A stretch of DNA of 64,000 bases from NCBI GenBank assembly GCA_030390025.1, contig CM059432.1, forward strand, positions 110,486,001 through 110,550,000, in the 5' to 3' direction. Origin of the DNA: Squalus acanthias (taxonomy: Eukaryota). Position numbers and translations under genes: made by a program. Below are positions 47,040 to 60,330 of this stretch, piece after piece. The stretch's first letter is position 1; each line of letters opens with the position of its first letter. The notes beneath the pieces were generated by a model, which made no database searches, was not told where the DNA came from, and saw only the letters and a program-made list of their open reading frames with translations.

Positions 47040-47261
47040 CAGCTAGCATGGACGTTGGTGCTAGGCTAAAAACAGCTGGGATGAATCCTCACTAAAAAGA
47101 GGTAAGCTTTTAAAATTAATACAAACTCTGGCAGCCTGCTGTATCACCATCCACATTTAATAAGTGAAAAGAACTGATTACCTTGTTGGCATTTTTTGAT
47201 CATTATAAACCACACTGATATTGGTCTGCTGGACAACAGCACAAATGAGATCCTGTGTGAC

Positions 47262-47441
47262 TGTGACCTCTCTGGTGTCCCACAAGGATCTATCTTTGGC
47301 CCCCTCGTATTTCTCATCTACATGCTGCCCCTCGGCAACATCATCCGAAGACACAACGTCAGTTTCCACATGTACGCTGACGACACCCAGCTCTACCTCA
47401 CCACCACCTCTCTCAACCCCTCCACGGTCTCTGATTTGTCA
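47262..47441 (+). mobile_element. L2 RT fragment
   Basis: [37 protein letters not shown]. Confidence 0.9.
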
Positions 47442-47986
47442 TAATGTCAAGTTCAAGCCACAAGTCTCAGCTTCAAGCTCAGTTTTGTAAACTTCAGGGT
47501 GTGACTTGTACACAGGTGTGAGATATACTATGCTGCTTAGGTATTGGAGAGCCGGTTTTTACTGGGCATCCACCTTTGCTGTGAAGCTGAGGGTGTTTTA
47601 AAGAGGACAATCCTTTCTAACTAATACCATCAAGAGAAGCTTGTCTTCAGGTTATGTGGAACATAGGCCACCCACAGAATGAGTGCACCAGGGGCATGGA
47701 GAATTTGGTAAGTCACAAATAAATACAGTGTCAGCAGTGAACTTACCAGTCACAGGCCTGAACCTCTCCCCCTTCTTCATTTGAAGGGCTTTGCACTTTC
47801 TATTGAGTGACCACAAGCACTTTGATAAATGTTCAAACTAGACTGTGTACCGATAATCAAACAATAATCATTAATGAAAACTCAAGGTTGTATATTAACA
47901 AGATATCAAAATCCATGAAGAAACAACTCAATTGCCCTTTGACAACCTGGACAAAAATCTTGCAAAGCCTCAGCCAATCTTTTGAT

Positions 47987-48079
47987 AACATCAGCATCAC
48001 TCACACAGATACTCAAAAACATCAGCATCACTCACACAGATACTCAAAAACATCAGCATCACTCACACAGATACTCAAA
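47987..48079 (+). repeat. Perfect 31-bp tandem repeat x3
   Basis: AACATCAGCATCACTCACACAGATACTCAAA. Confidence 0.95.
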
Positions 48080-48930
48080 AAAGCCATCAATGGACAAAAA
48101 AAGGACAAAGAATTATTCTCCACTGTTTGAGTTATAAACGGTGGTCAGGCTCTTTGTTTTAGGTGTATTCTGGGACCAGTGCTTCCTCTTCCACCTCCAT
48201 TCTCTCCACATTGCAGTCACTTCACAGCCTGAGTCACTAGATGGGGCTGTCACTAGGGACAGTACGGAAATGGGAAATATAAAGGCCACAGCTTAATTTC
48301 ATCCCGAATGAAAGGAACATTTAATTGACAAAGGGACCCTTGCACAGAGTATGAAATTCGCTGAGAAGGTACTGCTTTGAAGGACAATCTGCCCTTCAAC
48401 ATGCTGTAGATGAAGATCTTAAATTTAAATTATGGTACGTCCAAAGAGTATAATTTGATCACTAACTTTGTATATACACGAGTAATGTTTACCCAGATAT
48501 GTAAAGCAACACGTCCTGTTGAAAACTGTCAACCCTCCTTACAATCAACAGGAAAATATTCACTGGAGACCATACTGTGGCTGCAACTGAGCCAAATGCC
48601 ATCCATAGTGATTAAACACAAATTTATTCTTATTTTGTACAGTTTTATGGGCTTTTCCTCCATAAATTCAGGTTAAACCATTTTTGAGTTGATGATGCTT
48701 TTGCCAACTGAACCCTTCAGAAAGTTGGCATTTATATTTTGCAGAGTCCAACAAAACTAAATAAAAAGTCACCGTATACTTTCCATAAAATCCGCTGCCT
48801 TCACCAGAGAACAGAAAACAAGTATTCTCACTGGAAGACTCACGTGGGAAAGGAGGAGCACAATTCTTGAAATGACGGCTATTGGACCGTGGTATACTTC
48901 ATCACACATGGCAATTGAGGGAGAGAGAAA

Positions 48931-49430
48931 GGGCTAAAAATCGGCATCGCTAAAAACCTGCCGGTACCACCGCGGGCCGGTGTTAACGGCCGCCGAAAAT
49001 GGTGGCACTGGCAGGACCGGTAAAATGGACACTGGGAAATAATTAACATTAGCCCAGCGCTAAACTCACTGTGCAAGGCTGTTTTCATGCCGTTAGTCCC
49101 GGCAGGAGGCCCAATGTAGCGTGGCCAAAGCGTCATTGCAGCAAGAACAGCCTTCTCTTAAAGCGAGGCTGTCATTTCAGAAAGCAGTCCCTTAAAGGGA
49201 AACTACCTTCTGAAATGAAAAAAATAAAAATAATGTAAAAATAGGCAGTTTTTAGGCCTTAGATCTCAACTGCCTTCTTAAAAAAAAACATTAAAAAGAA
49301 TTCCCAAATGGGAGTCTTCAGCTCTTAAAGCTGAATTGCCTTCCGCACCTAAGAAAATGGGAAAAGTGCTTCAGCACTAACACAAATGGCTCAGCAAGGT
49401 AGTATTACTATTAGTTATCAGCGCAATTTC
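48931..49430. mobile_element. Partial Harbinger-type MITE
   Basis: Starts GGGCTAAAAATCGG (like the family B TIR) with a CpG-rich subterminal region; right end unclear. Confidence 0.45.
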
Positions 49431-49516
49431 AGTGAGTTACCATTAGTTACTGGTGGAATCAAAGTTCCTCCCACCTCTGGTTTCCCCTCTGCGAATCGTC
49501 CCCCCATCTTCGGATA

Positions 49517-50763
49517 CCCCGCCCTGGGTTCCTCCTCTTCCCCGCCCTGGGTTCCCCCTCTTCCCCGCCCTGGGTTCCTCCTCTTCCCCGCCCTGGGTTC
49601 CCCCTCTTCCCCGCCCTGGGTTCCCCCTCTTCCCCGCCCTGGGCTCCCCCTCTTCCCCGCCCTGGGGTCCCCCTCTTCCCCGCCCTGGGTTTCCCCTCTT
49701 CCCCGCCCTGGGTTCCCCCTCTTCCCCGCCCTGGGTTCCCCCTCTTCCCCGCCCTGGGTTCCTCCTCTTCCCCGCCCTGGGGTCCCCCTCTTCCCCGCCC
49801 TGGGTTCCCCCTCTTCCCCGCCCTGGGCTCCCCCTCTTCCCCGCCCTGGGCTCCCCCTCTTCCCCGCCCTGGGTTCCCCCTCTTCCCCGCCCTGGGTTCC
49901 CCCTCTTCCCCACCCTGGGTTTCCCCTCTTCCCCACCCTGGGCTCCTCCTCTTCCCCGCCCTGGGTTCCTCCTCTTCCCCGCCCTGGGTTCCCCCTCTTC
50001 CCCGCCCTGGGCTCCCCCTCTTCCCCGCCCTGGGTTTTCTCCTCTTCCCCGCCCTGGGTTCCCCCTCTTCCCCGCCCTGGGTTCCCCCTCTTCCCCGCCC
50101 TGGGTTCCCCCTCTTCCCCGCCCTGGGTTCCCCCTCTTCTCCGCCCTGGGTTCCCCCTCTTCCCCGCCCTGGGCTCCTCCTCTTCCCCGCCCTGGGCTCC
50201 TCCTCTTCCCCGCCCTGGGTTCTTCCTCTTCCCTACCCTGGGTTCCCCCTCTTCCCCGCCCTGGGTTCCCCCTCTTCCCCGCCCTGGGTTCCCCCTCTTC
50301 CCCGCCCTGGGTTTTCTCCTCTTCCCCGCCCTGGGTTCCCCCTCTTCCCCGCCCTGGGTTCCCCCTCTTCCCCGCCCTGGGTTCCCCCTCTTCCCCGCCC
50401 TGGGTTCCCCCTCTTCTCCGCCCTGGGTTCCCCTCTTCCCCGCCCTGGGCTCCTCCTCTTCCCCGCCCTGGGCTCCTCCTCTTCCCCGCCCTGGGTTCTT
50501 CCTCTTCCCTGCCCTGGGTTCCCCCTCTTCCCCGCCCTGGGTTCCCCCTCTTCCCCGCCCTGGGTTCCCCCTCTTCCCCGCCCTGGGTTCCCCCTCTTCC
50601 CCGCCCTGGGGTCCCCCTCTTCCCCGCCCTGGGGTCCCCCTCTTCCCCGCCCTGGGTTCCCCCTCTTCCCCGCCCTGGGTTCTTCCTCTTCCCCGCCCTG
50701 GGTTCCCCCTCTTCCCCGCCCTGGGTTCCCCCTCTTCCCCGCCCTGGGTTCCCCCTTTTCCCT
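49517..50763 (+). repeat. 23-bp C-rich minisatellite (CCCCGCCCTGGGTTCCCCCTCTT) ~54 units
   Basis: Seen directly; the pseudo-ORFs have a 23-aa period. Confidence 0.97.
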
Positions 50764-52069
50764 GTCCAGGTGACCAACTGGTTCTTGGAATTTGTCGCTG
50801 CTGGTGCGAAACCATAGGTTCAGGAGTAGGCCATTTCCATGAGCAAAAATACTCAACTGCAGGGGAGCCAACCTTTATAAGGTAAATGCCGTAACATTTG
50901 TAGAAGCCATGTGATCAGATGTCATGTCATTGGGCATCACATGGTCAGATGGCATGTGGTCAGAATGTCATGTGATCAAACCTCCAAGAAAACCTCCAAC
51001 CAGAGTTGGCCACCCGAGTCACTGAGGTAAAGGCAGTATAAAACCCTGGCAGTAGGCAGGCTCTTCCAGAGCTCACTGCTCCAATTAGAAATTCAACATG
51101 CTTTTGCATTGCACCAACACAGAATCTGCAATTTTAAGGCAACCAATCTGAGCACAAAATGATTTATCATAAGTGGTGTGAGGCCACCTTGAAGAGGTCC
51201 TTCAGTGCAATTGTTTGGAGAAGTGGAAATCGGGATGTAACATTCTCCACTGTTCCTGGAACGTATCACAAAGTACTGTGGCAACTGTGAGTCTGTAATT
51301 AAAGACTGCAGAGTTTGTCCAGGTTCCAGCTCAATCAACTGTGAGCTGTGCAACCATACAGGTGAGTTGATGAGAACATGTACATCTTTTCCACTTCATC
51401 TATCTGAATTCAAAGCCACACAGATTTGTAGGCTGTGCAGTTTCACTTATGCAATCATCTGCAGACTGCAATCATTTTTGCTTGTTGTTTTTGTATTTTT
51501 ACCCTTGGAAAATAATGCAAAGTAGTGAAGGATCTGACAGCCCATGAGATGAATGCTCCTTCCATGGCCAGAACCAGCCGATTGGTGCTCAGTCCTATAC
51601 AGCGGGAGCCTTTTATTGGCTCACACAACCCATACAATGAGGGGTGGGGGCAGCCACACCCACACCCCCACCCACCAGACTCAAGCATCCCACTTGGATG
51701 TCAACCCAGACTCCGAGCCGGAGTTCCAGTCTCTGGGATTGTCTGGAGCGGGTTCAAACCCTGCACCTACTGACTCCGAGCCGGAGTTCCATCATTTTTG
51801 GTGCACAATATATAGAAAAAAAGCTAAGATTAGAAATTAACAATTTTCAAATAGGCTGGTGAGATCATTGTTCTTGAAGTCTCATTAGGAAAATGATCAA
51901 ACAGTCTGCTATATTTTTATATATATATTTATATGGGACTCCTTCCTGTCCACGAATAAAGCATCACAAAATCAGAATATATTTGTTAAAAAACATGTGA
52001 CTGTTGATGGGGCTGAAGAATCTTAAAAGAAAACTAGTTGAGATCCTCAAAGAGCTGAAGAATTGCTCA

Positions 52070-52545
52070 CACTGGAGTCTCCAATTCTGGCACTACACTT
52101 TAGGAAGGATGTCAAGGCCGTGGAGAGGGTGCAGATAAGGTTTACCAGGATGACACCGGGGATGAGGGAGTTCAGTTATGTGGAGAGGTTGGAGAACCTG
52201 GGACTGTTCTCCTTAGAGCAGAGAAGGTTACGGGGAGACCTAATAGAGATATTCAAAATCATGAAAGGCAAATGAGTCAGTAACCAGAGGTCACAGATTT
52301 AAAATAATTGTCAAATAAACTAGAGGGGAAATGAGGAGAAATTTCTTCACACAGAGGGTTGTTATGATCTGGTACTGAAAGGATGGTGGAATCAGATTCC
52401 GTAGGAACTTTCAAAAGGCAATTGGACATGTATTTGAAGAGGACTAATTTGCAGGGTTATGAGGAAAAAGCTGGGGTGTGGGACTAAACTGGACAGCTCT
52501 TTCAAAAAGCCAAATGGCCTCCTTCTGTGCTGGAAGATTCTATGA
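52070..52545 (+). mobile_element. CR1 3' fragment with internal deletions
   Basis: HFRKDVKAVERVQIRFTRM..; tail GATTCTATGA. Confidence 0.85.
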
Positions 52546-53469
52546 TCCGAAGGAGAGAGGCTGCTTTTCCCTACGGGGAGATTATATGCTTCCAAAAGTT
52601 TGTAAACAAGGGTTCCTTACGTTCCAGAAATGATAGAATTAAGAGACAATTGCAAAAATAAAAGAAGATTTCCATATCCTCCGTAGATAATCCTGGTGTA
52701 AATTTTTACTGTGCCGACCTTGCTGCCTATTTTTGTATTTGGTCGACTTGTATACTGTTTTCCTTTACAACATTTGAAATCAATATATATGTGGCAGAAT
52801 TAATTCAGTAACACCTAGTAATAGTGGTCCAGCAGACATTTTAAAAAGACTAATTTTATAGCATGTTATGTGGCCATTTCTGGTGAATGATAGAAAGCTT
52901 GGATATTTTCCCAAAGCTTGGATATTTCCCCCTTAGTTTCTGGAATATTGGAAAATAATGTGGTTCCAATTTCACATCAGTAAAGATAAAATAAATTGAA
53001 CATTGACTGCGCTGTTTATATTTTGACCATTTATTGCTTCTTTAACATCTCCCCTCTTCCCACCCTCCCTCCTGCCCTCAGAAACATGTACCAGTCAAAG
53101 GCAAAGGGAATGAATTATAGAACCATACAGCACAGAAGGAGGCCATTCGGCCCATCGTGCCAGTGCCAGCTCTTTGAAAGAGCTCTCCAATTAGTCCCAC
53201 TCCCCCGCTCTTTCCCCAGAGGCCTACAAATTATTACACTTCAAGTATTTATCCAATTCCCTTTTGACAGTTATTATTGAATCTGCTTCCACCACCCTTT
53301 CAGGCAGTGCATTCCAGAGTGTAACACCTCGCTGTGTAATCTTTTTTCCTCTTATTGCCTCTGGTTCTTTTGCCAGCCACTCTAAACTGGTGTCCTCTGG
53401 TTACCGACCCTTCTGCCACTGGAAACAGCTTCTGCTTATGTACTCCAGCAAAACCCTTCATGTTTTGCT

Positions 53470-54936
53470 TCAGGTCTGGCTTCAGGTGTGGTGCCGGAGG
53501 ACTCGGTGGTACCCTTGTTTAAAAAGGGAGAAAAGGATAGACCGAGTAATTACAGGCCAGTCAGCCTAACCTCGGTGGTGGGAAAATTATTGGAAAGAAT
53601 TCTGAAGGACAGGATAAATCTTCATTTAGAAAGACACGGATTAATCAAGGATAGTCAGCACGGATTTGTTAAGGGAAGGTCGTGTCTGACAAACTTGATT
53701 GAATTTTTTGAGGAGGTAACAAGGAGGGTAGATGAGGGTAGTGCATTTGATGAAGTGTATATGGACTTTAGCAAGGCTTTTGATAAGGTTCCACATGGCA
53801 GACTGGTCACGAAGTTAAAAGCCCATGGGATCCAGGGTAAAGTGTCAAGTTGGATTCAAAACTGGCTCGGAGGCAGGAAGCAGAGGGTAATGGTTGATGG
53901 GTGTTTTTGTGACTGGAAGGATGTTTCCAGTGGGGTTCCGCAGGGCTCAGTACTAGGTCCCTTGCTTTTTGTGGTATATATCAATGATCTAGACTTGAAT
54001 ATAGTGGGTATGATTAAGAAGTTTGCAGATGATACTAAAATCGGCTGTGTGGTTGATACTGAAGAAGGAAGCTGTAGACTGCAGGAAGATATCAATAAAT
54101 TGGTCAGGTGGGCCGAACAATGGCAAATGGAATTCAATCCGGAGAAGTGTGAGGTAATGCATTTGGGGAGGGCTAAAAAGGAAAGGGAATACACATTAAA
54201 TGGTAGGACACTGAGTAGTGTAAAGGAACAAAGGGACCTTGGAGTGCATGTCCACAGATCCCTGAAGGTAGCAGGCCAGGTAGATAAGGTGGTTAAGAAG
54301 GCATACGGAATGCTTGCCTTTATTAGCCGTGGCATAGAATACAAGAGCAGGGGGGTTCAGCTTCAACTGTATAAAATACGCGTTAGGCCTCAGCTAGAGT
54401 ACTGCGTGCAGTTCTGGTCACTACATTACAGGAAAGATGTGATTGCACTAGAGAGGGTACAGAGGAGATTTACAAGGATGTTGCTGGGAGTAGAGAATCT
54501 TGGCTATGAGGAAAGACTGGATAGGCTGGGTTTGTTTTCCTTGGAACAGAGGAGGCTGAGGGGAGACCTTATTGAGGTGTATAAAATTATGAGAGGTCGA
54601 GATAAAGTGGATAGAAAGGACCAATTTCCCTTAGCAGAGGGGTCAAAAATCAGGGGGCACAGATTTAAAGTAATTGGGGGAAGGTTTAGAGGGGATTTGA
54701 GGGGAAATTTCTTCACCCAGAGGGTTGTGGGGGTCTGGAACTCACTGCCTGAAAGAGTGGTAGAGGCAGAAACCCTAACCACATTTAAAAAGTACTTGGA
54801 TGTGCACTTGGGATGCTGTAACCTGCAGGGCTACGGACCAAGAGCTGGGAAGTGGGATTAGGCTGGATAGCTCTTTGTTGGCCGGCGAAGACACGATGGG
54901 CCTCCTTCCATGCTGTAACTTTCTATGATTCTATGA
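53470..54936 (+). mobile_element. 5'-truncated CR1 with an open RT frame
   Basis: ORF 53488-54861 (NYRPVSL, QHGF, PQGSVLGP, FADD); (TTCTATGA)n tail. Confidence 0.95.
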
Positions 54937-55188
54937 TTTTGAACACCTCTTTCAAATCTCCCCTTATCCTTCCCTGCTCTAAGCAGAACATCCCAGTTTC
55001 TCCAGTCTATCCATGTAACTGAAGTCCCGCATCCCTGGAACCATTCTTGTAAATCTTTTCTGCTCCATCTCTAAGGCCTTGACATCTTTCTGAAAGTGTG
55101 TTGGCCAGAATTTGACACAATACTCCAGCTGAGGCCTAACCAGTGTTTTATAAAAGTTTAGCCTAAATTGCTTGCTTTTGTACTCTAT

Positions 55189-55828
55189 GGCCTCGATATT
55201 AATCTCCCCACGACAGGCGGGAGAGAAGGTTAAAAATTTAAAAAGAGAACACGGCCCCAACCCGCTGCATACGCGCCTGCCGCCATTTTTACGGTGGTGG
55301 GAAGCGACCGTGTGAGTGTCGTAACAACTTCCTTAACATATTTAAATCCGGCTTCCACAGTGCAATTGGCTGCAGGCTCAATAGGTAAGAAGTGCTTTTA
55401 CAGCACTGCTCGTAGGCTCCTATCTTGCTCCTCAAGGAAGCCTCCGACCTCCCCTCTGACAATCGCGGCCTCTCTCTCCCTTTGCCGCGATCGCCGACCT
55501 CCCACCCCCCTCCCCCAGCCCCAATTGCTCAATCCCTCCCGCCAACAATGGCCTCTCTCCTCCCCCACCCTCCCGATTGCCTGTCTCTTCCCTTTCCCCA
55601 CCAAGTCCTGATCTCGAGCATCGTCCCTCCCAATTGCCGGGGACTGTCCCCAAAGGCTGCTGTCTCATTTTGCTGGTTTACCTGCCTGGCAGCTGGCCAG
55701 CCTTTCAATTTGGCTGACAACTGGGTGGGAACTGGAAGAAAAAAATTGTAATGAGGTCCTGTGTTAAATTTGGCAGGTTTTCCCTGTGTTTCAGCGCTCC
55801 CCCGCGCCCTCCCTGTAATTATGGGGCT
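55189..55828. mobile_element. Degenerate Harbinger-type MITE inside CR1
   Basis: Ends GGCCTCGATATT / AATTATGGGGC; the CR1 host is collinear on either side. Confidence 0.5.
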
Positions 55829-56267
55829 TTTGTCCTCTATTTACAGTATAAGGCCAAGGATCCTATATGCCTTTTAACAGCCTTCTCAACATGTCCTGCC
55901 ACCTTCAAAGAATCGTGCACGTACACCCCCGGATCTCTCTGTTCGTGCACCCCATTTAAAATTGTACCATTTAGTTTAGGTCATGTATATTTGCAACACC
56001 AAAGTTCTGATTGGTCCCCTTGGATGACAAGTCCTGATTGCTGATTGGCCCCCTTGGAGGACAAGGCACACCCAGCAGTTTCTCTGGCTGGAATGTGTAA
56101 TTAGATCCTCCCTGGCTATGTAATCAGTTACTTTGCAAAGTAAAATTCGAGCCATTCTGACTGTCTACTCCAGACAGAACAGAGCTCACTTGGAACAGAC
56201 AGGTTAAGACCTACTCCCACCAAGCAAACAAGTTCCTGCCCACACCGCCCAAGTTTATGACCTCCTC

Positions 56268-56445
56268 CCCCCGAAGTTCTTGACCACGTCCCCCACAAGT
56301 TCCTGACCTCCTCCCCCGCAAGTTCCTGACCTCCTCTCCCCAAGTTCCTGACCTCCTCCCCCCAAGTTCCTGACCTCCTCTCCCCAAGTTCCTGACCTCC
56401 TCTCCCCAAGTTCCTGACCTCCTCCCCCCAAGTTCCTGACCTCCT
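56268..56445 (+). repeat. ~21-bp tandem repeat (CCCCAAGTTCCTGACCTCCTC)
   Basis: About 8 units, grading directly into the next array. Confidence 0.9.
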
Positions 56446-59400
56446 CTCTCTCCCCCTCCAATCTCCTCTCTCTCCCCCTCCAATCTCCTCTCTCTCCCCC
56501 TCCAATCTCCTCTCTCTCCCCCTCCAATCTCCTCTCTCTCCCCTCCAATCTCCTCTCTCTCCCCCTCCAATCTCCTCTCTCTCCCCTCCAATCTCCTCTC
56601 TCCCGCCCCCCCGATTATCCTCTCTCTCCCCCCGATTATCCTCTCTCTCCCCCTCCAATCTCTCCTCTCTCTCTCCCTCCAATCTCCCCTCTCTCTCCCC
56701 CTCCAATCTCCCCTCTCTCTCCCCCTCCAATCTCCCCTCTCTCTCCCCCTCCAATCTCCTCTCTCCCTCTCCCTCCGATTTCCTCTCTCTCTCTCCCCCG
56801 CCAATCTCCTCTCTATCTCCCCCCCGATTCCCTCTCTCTCCCCTTCCAATCTCCTCTCCCTCTCCCCCTCCAATCTCCCCTCTCTCTCCCCGTCCAATCT
56901 CGCCTCTCTCTCCCTCCCCCACCAATCTCCTCTCTCCCTACCCCCGATTCCCTCTTTCTTCCCTTCCAATCTCCCCTCTCTCCCCCTCCAATCTCCCCCT
57001 CCAATCTCCCCTCTCTCCCCCTCCAATCTCCTCTCTCTCTTCCCCTCCAATCTTCTCTCTCTCCCCTCTCCGATTCCCTCTCTCTCTCTCCCCCTCCAAT
57101 CTCCTCTCTCTCTCTCCCCCTCCAATCTCCTCTCGCTCTCCCCCCGATTCCCTATCTCTCTCTCTCCCCCTCCAATCTCCTCTCTCCCCCCTCCGATTCC
57201 CTCTCTCTCTCTCCCCCTCCATTCTCCCCTCTCTCTCCCCCGATTCCCTCTCTCTTCCCTTCCAATCTCCCCTCTCTCTCCCCCTCCAATCTCCCCTCTC
57301 TCTCCCCCTCCAATCTCCCCTCTCTCTCCCCCTCCAATCTCCCTCTCTCTCCCCCTCCAATCTCCTCTCTCTCCCCCTCCAATCTCCTCTCTCTCCCCCT
57401 CCAATCTCTCCTCTCTCTCTCCCCCTCCAACCTCCCCTCTCTCTCTCCCCCTCCAATCTCCCCTCTCCCTCCCCCTCCAATCTCCTCTCTCTCCCCCTCC
57501 AATCTCTCCTCTCTCTCTCCCCCGCCAATCTTCTCTCTCTCTCTCCCCTCCGATTCCCTCTCTCTCTGTCCCCTCTCCGATTCCCTCTCTCTCCGTCCCC
57601 TCTCCGATCCTCTCTCACCTCCTGCGATTCTCTCTCTCCCCCTCCGGTTCTCCCTCCCCCTCCGGTTGCCTCTCTCTCTCCCCCCCCTCTGATCCTCTCT
57701 CACCACCCCCGATTCCCTCTCTCCTCCTTCAATCTCCCCCCTCTCTCTCCCCATCCAATACCCTCTCTCTCTCCCCCAATCCCCTCTCTCTCTCCCCCTC
57801 CAATCTCTTCTCTCTCCCCTCCAATCTACCCTCTCCCTCCCCCTCCAATCTCCTCTCTCTCCCCCTCCAATCTCCTCTCTCACTCCCCCTTCAATCTCCT
57901 CTCTCACTCCCCCTCCAATCTCCTCTCTCTCTCCCCCTCCAATCCCCTCTCTCTCTCCCCCTCCAATCTCCTCTCTCTCTCCCCCTCCAATCTCCTCTCT
58001 CTCTCCCCCCTTCCAATCTCCTCTCTCACTCCCCCTTCAATCTCCTCTCTCACTCCCCCTCCAATCCCCTCTCTCCCCCTCCAATCTGCTCTCTCACTTC
58101 CCCTCCAATCCCCTCTCTCACTCCCCCTTCAATCTCCTCTCTCTCTCCCCCTCCAATCTCCTCTCTCACTCCCCCTTCAATCTCCTCTCTCACTCCCCCT
58201 CCAATCTCCTCTCTCCCCCTCCAATCTGCTCTCTCACTTCCCCTCCAATCCCCTCTCTCCCCCTCCAATCTCCTCTCTCTCCCCCTCCAATCTCCTCTCT
58301 CCCCTCCAATCTCCTCTCTCTCCCCCTCCAATCTCCTCTCTCCCCTCCAATCTCCTCTCTCTCCCCCCTCTGATTCTCTCGCTCTCCCCCTCCAATCTCC
58401 TCTCTCCCCTCCAATCTCCTCTCTCACTCCCCCTTCAATCTCCTCTCTCACTCCCCCTCCAATCTCCTCTCTCCCCCTCCAATCTGCTCTCTCACTTCCC
58501 CTCCAATCCCCTCTCTCCCCCTCCAATCTCCTCTCTCTCCCCCCTCTGATTCTCTCTCTCTCTCCTCCTCCAATCTCCTCTCACTTCCCCTCCAATCTCC
58601 TCTCTCCCCTCCAATCTCCTCTCTCTCCCCCCTCTGATTCTCTCTCTCTCCCCCTCCAATCTCCTCTCTCCCCTCCAATCTCCTATCTCTCCCCCTCCAA
58701 TCTCCTCTCTCTCCCCCTCCAATCTCCTCTCTCCCATCCTCCAATCTCCTCTCTCTCCCCCCTCTGATTCTCTCTCTCTCTCTCCCCCTCCAATCTCTCC
58801 TCTCTCTCCCCCTCCAATCTCCTCTCTCTCGCCCTCCAATCTCCTCTCTCTCTCCCCCTCCAATCTCTCCTCTCTCTCCCCCACCAATCTCCTCTCTGTC
58901 TCCCTCCAATCTCCCCTCTCTCTCCCCCTCCAATCTCCTCTCTTTCTCCCCCTCCAATATCCTCTCTCTCCCCCCCCTCCAATCTCCCCTCTCTCTCCCC
59001 CTCCCATATCCTCTCTCTCTCTCCCCCTCCAATCTCCTCTCTTTCTCCCCCTCCAATATCCTCTCTTTCTCCCCCCCTCCAATCTCCTCTTTCTCTCCCC
59101 CTCCCATCTCCTCTCTCTCTCCACCCCAATTCCCTCTCTCTCCCCCTCCAATCCCCTCTTTCTCCCTCTCCAATCCCCTCTCTCTCCCCCTCCCAACTCC
59201 TCTCTCTCTCCACCCCAATTCCCTCTCTCTCCCCCTCCAATCCCCTCTTTCTCCCTCTCCAATCCCCTCTCTCTCTCCTCCAATCTCCTCTGTCTCCTCC
59301 TCCAATATCCTCTCTCTCCCACTCCGATCCTCTCTCTCCCCCTCAAAACCCCTCTCTCTCTCCCCCTCCAATCTCCTCTCTCTTCCACTCCGATCCTCTC

Positions 59401-59895
59401 TCTCCCCCTCAAAACCCCTCTCTCTCTCCCCCTCCAATCTCCTCTCTCTTCCACTCCGATCCTCTCTCTCCCCCTCCAATCCCCTCTCTCTCTCCCTCAG
59501 ATCCTCTCTCAATGCCCCCCCGACGATTCCCTCTCTCTCTCCCCCTCCAATCCCCTCTCTCCCCCTCCAATCCCCTCTTTCCCCCCTCCAATCCCCTCTC
59601 TCTCTCCCCCTCCAATCCCCTGTCTCTCTCCCCCTCCAATCCCCTCTCTCCCCCTCCAATCTCCTCTCTCTCTCCCCCTCCAATCTCCTCTCTCTCTCCC
59701 CCTCCAATCCCCTCTCTCTCTCCCCCTCCAATCTCCTCTCTCTCTCCCCCTCCAATCTCCTCTCTCTCTCCCCCCTTCCAATCTCCTCTCTCTCTCCCTC
59801 TCCAATCTCCTCTCTCTCCCCCTCCAATCCCCTCTCTCTCCCCCTCCAATCCCCTCTCAATCTCCTCTCTCTCCCCCCCGCCCCGAATCCCTCTC
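56446..59895 (+). repeat. ~3.4-kb polypyrimidine minisatellite (CTCCCCCTCCAATCTCCTCTCT, variable CT tract)
   Basis: Seen directly. Confidence 0.97.
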
Positions 59896-60104
59896 TCTCT
59901 GTCACTCCAATCCTCTGCTCTCCCCCCAGTCCGCACAGATCCAGTGACCTTCTCCCATGGAGCTGAAGAAAGCGAGGCCGACTGCAGGCCGCAACTGTGG
60001 GGTACTGCGCATGCACAGAAGGGGATAGGGTGCACAAGCGCGGCTCCGGGATACCGTGCGCATATGCAGAAGGCCGTGCAGAATGTTCGTGCAGATAATC
60101 ACTC

Positions 60105-60330
60105 CGTTTGGTTTATATTGCCTCTCGTTATTCTTCCTACCAAAATGCATCACTTCACACTTCTCTGCATTAAATTTTATCTGCCATGTGTCTGCCCATT
60201 TCACCAGTCTGTCTTTGTCCTCCTGAAGTCTGTTACTATCCTCCTCATTGTTCACTACATTTCTGAGTTTCGTGTCATCTGCAAACTTTAAAATTATGCC
60301 CTGTATACCCAAGTCCACGGCATTAATATA
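60105..60330 (-). mobile_element. CR1 RT fragment
   Basis: DLGIQGIILKFADDTKL..KFNAEKCEVMHFGRKN. Confidence 0.9.

Larger units (their letters stand above)
53117..55975 (-). mobile_element. CR1 3' part split by a younger CR1 and a MITE
   Basis: Collinear pieces at 53117-53467, ~54933-55188 and ~55829-55975. Confidence 0.75.

Noticed and set aside
49386..50885. ~450-500 aa Pro-rich or collagen-like ORFs on both strands
   Set aside because: Translation of the 23-bp minisatellite.
51093..51404. Minus-strand protein-like frame (..VLINSPVWLHSSQLIELEPG..) as a host exon
   Set aside because: The nearest good acceptor (TTCAG at ~51404) is out of frame with an intervening TGA, the donor is weak, and the peptide is unrecognised.
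59900..60100. CpG-containing patch with TGCGCATG motifs as a host promoter
   Set aside because: Short, wedged between a satellite and a CR1, with no downstream exon; more likely a MITE fragment.
56128..60291. Glu/Arg/Gly-rich ORFs up to 529 aa
   Set aside because: Translation of the polypurine array.
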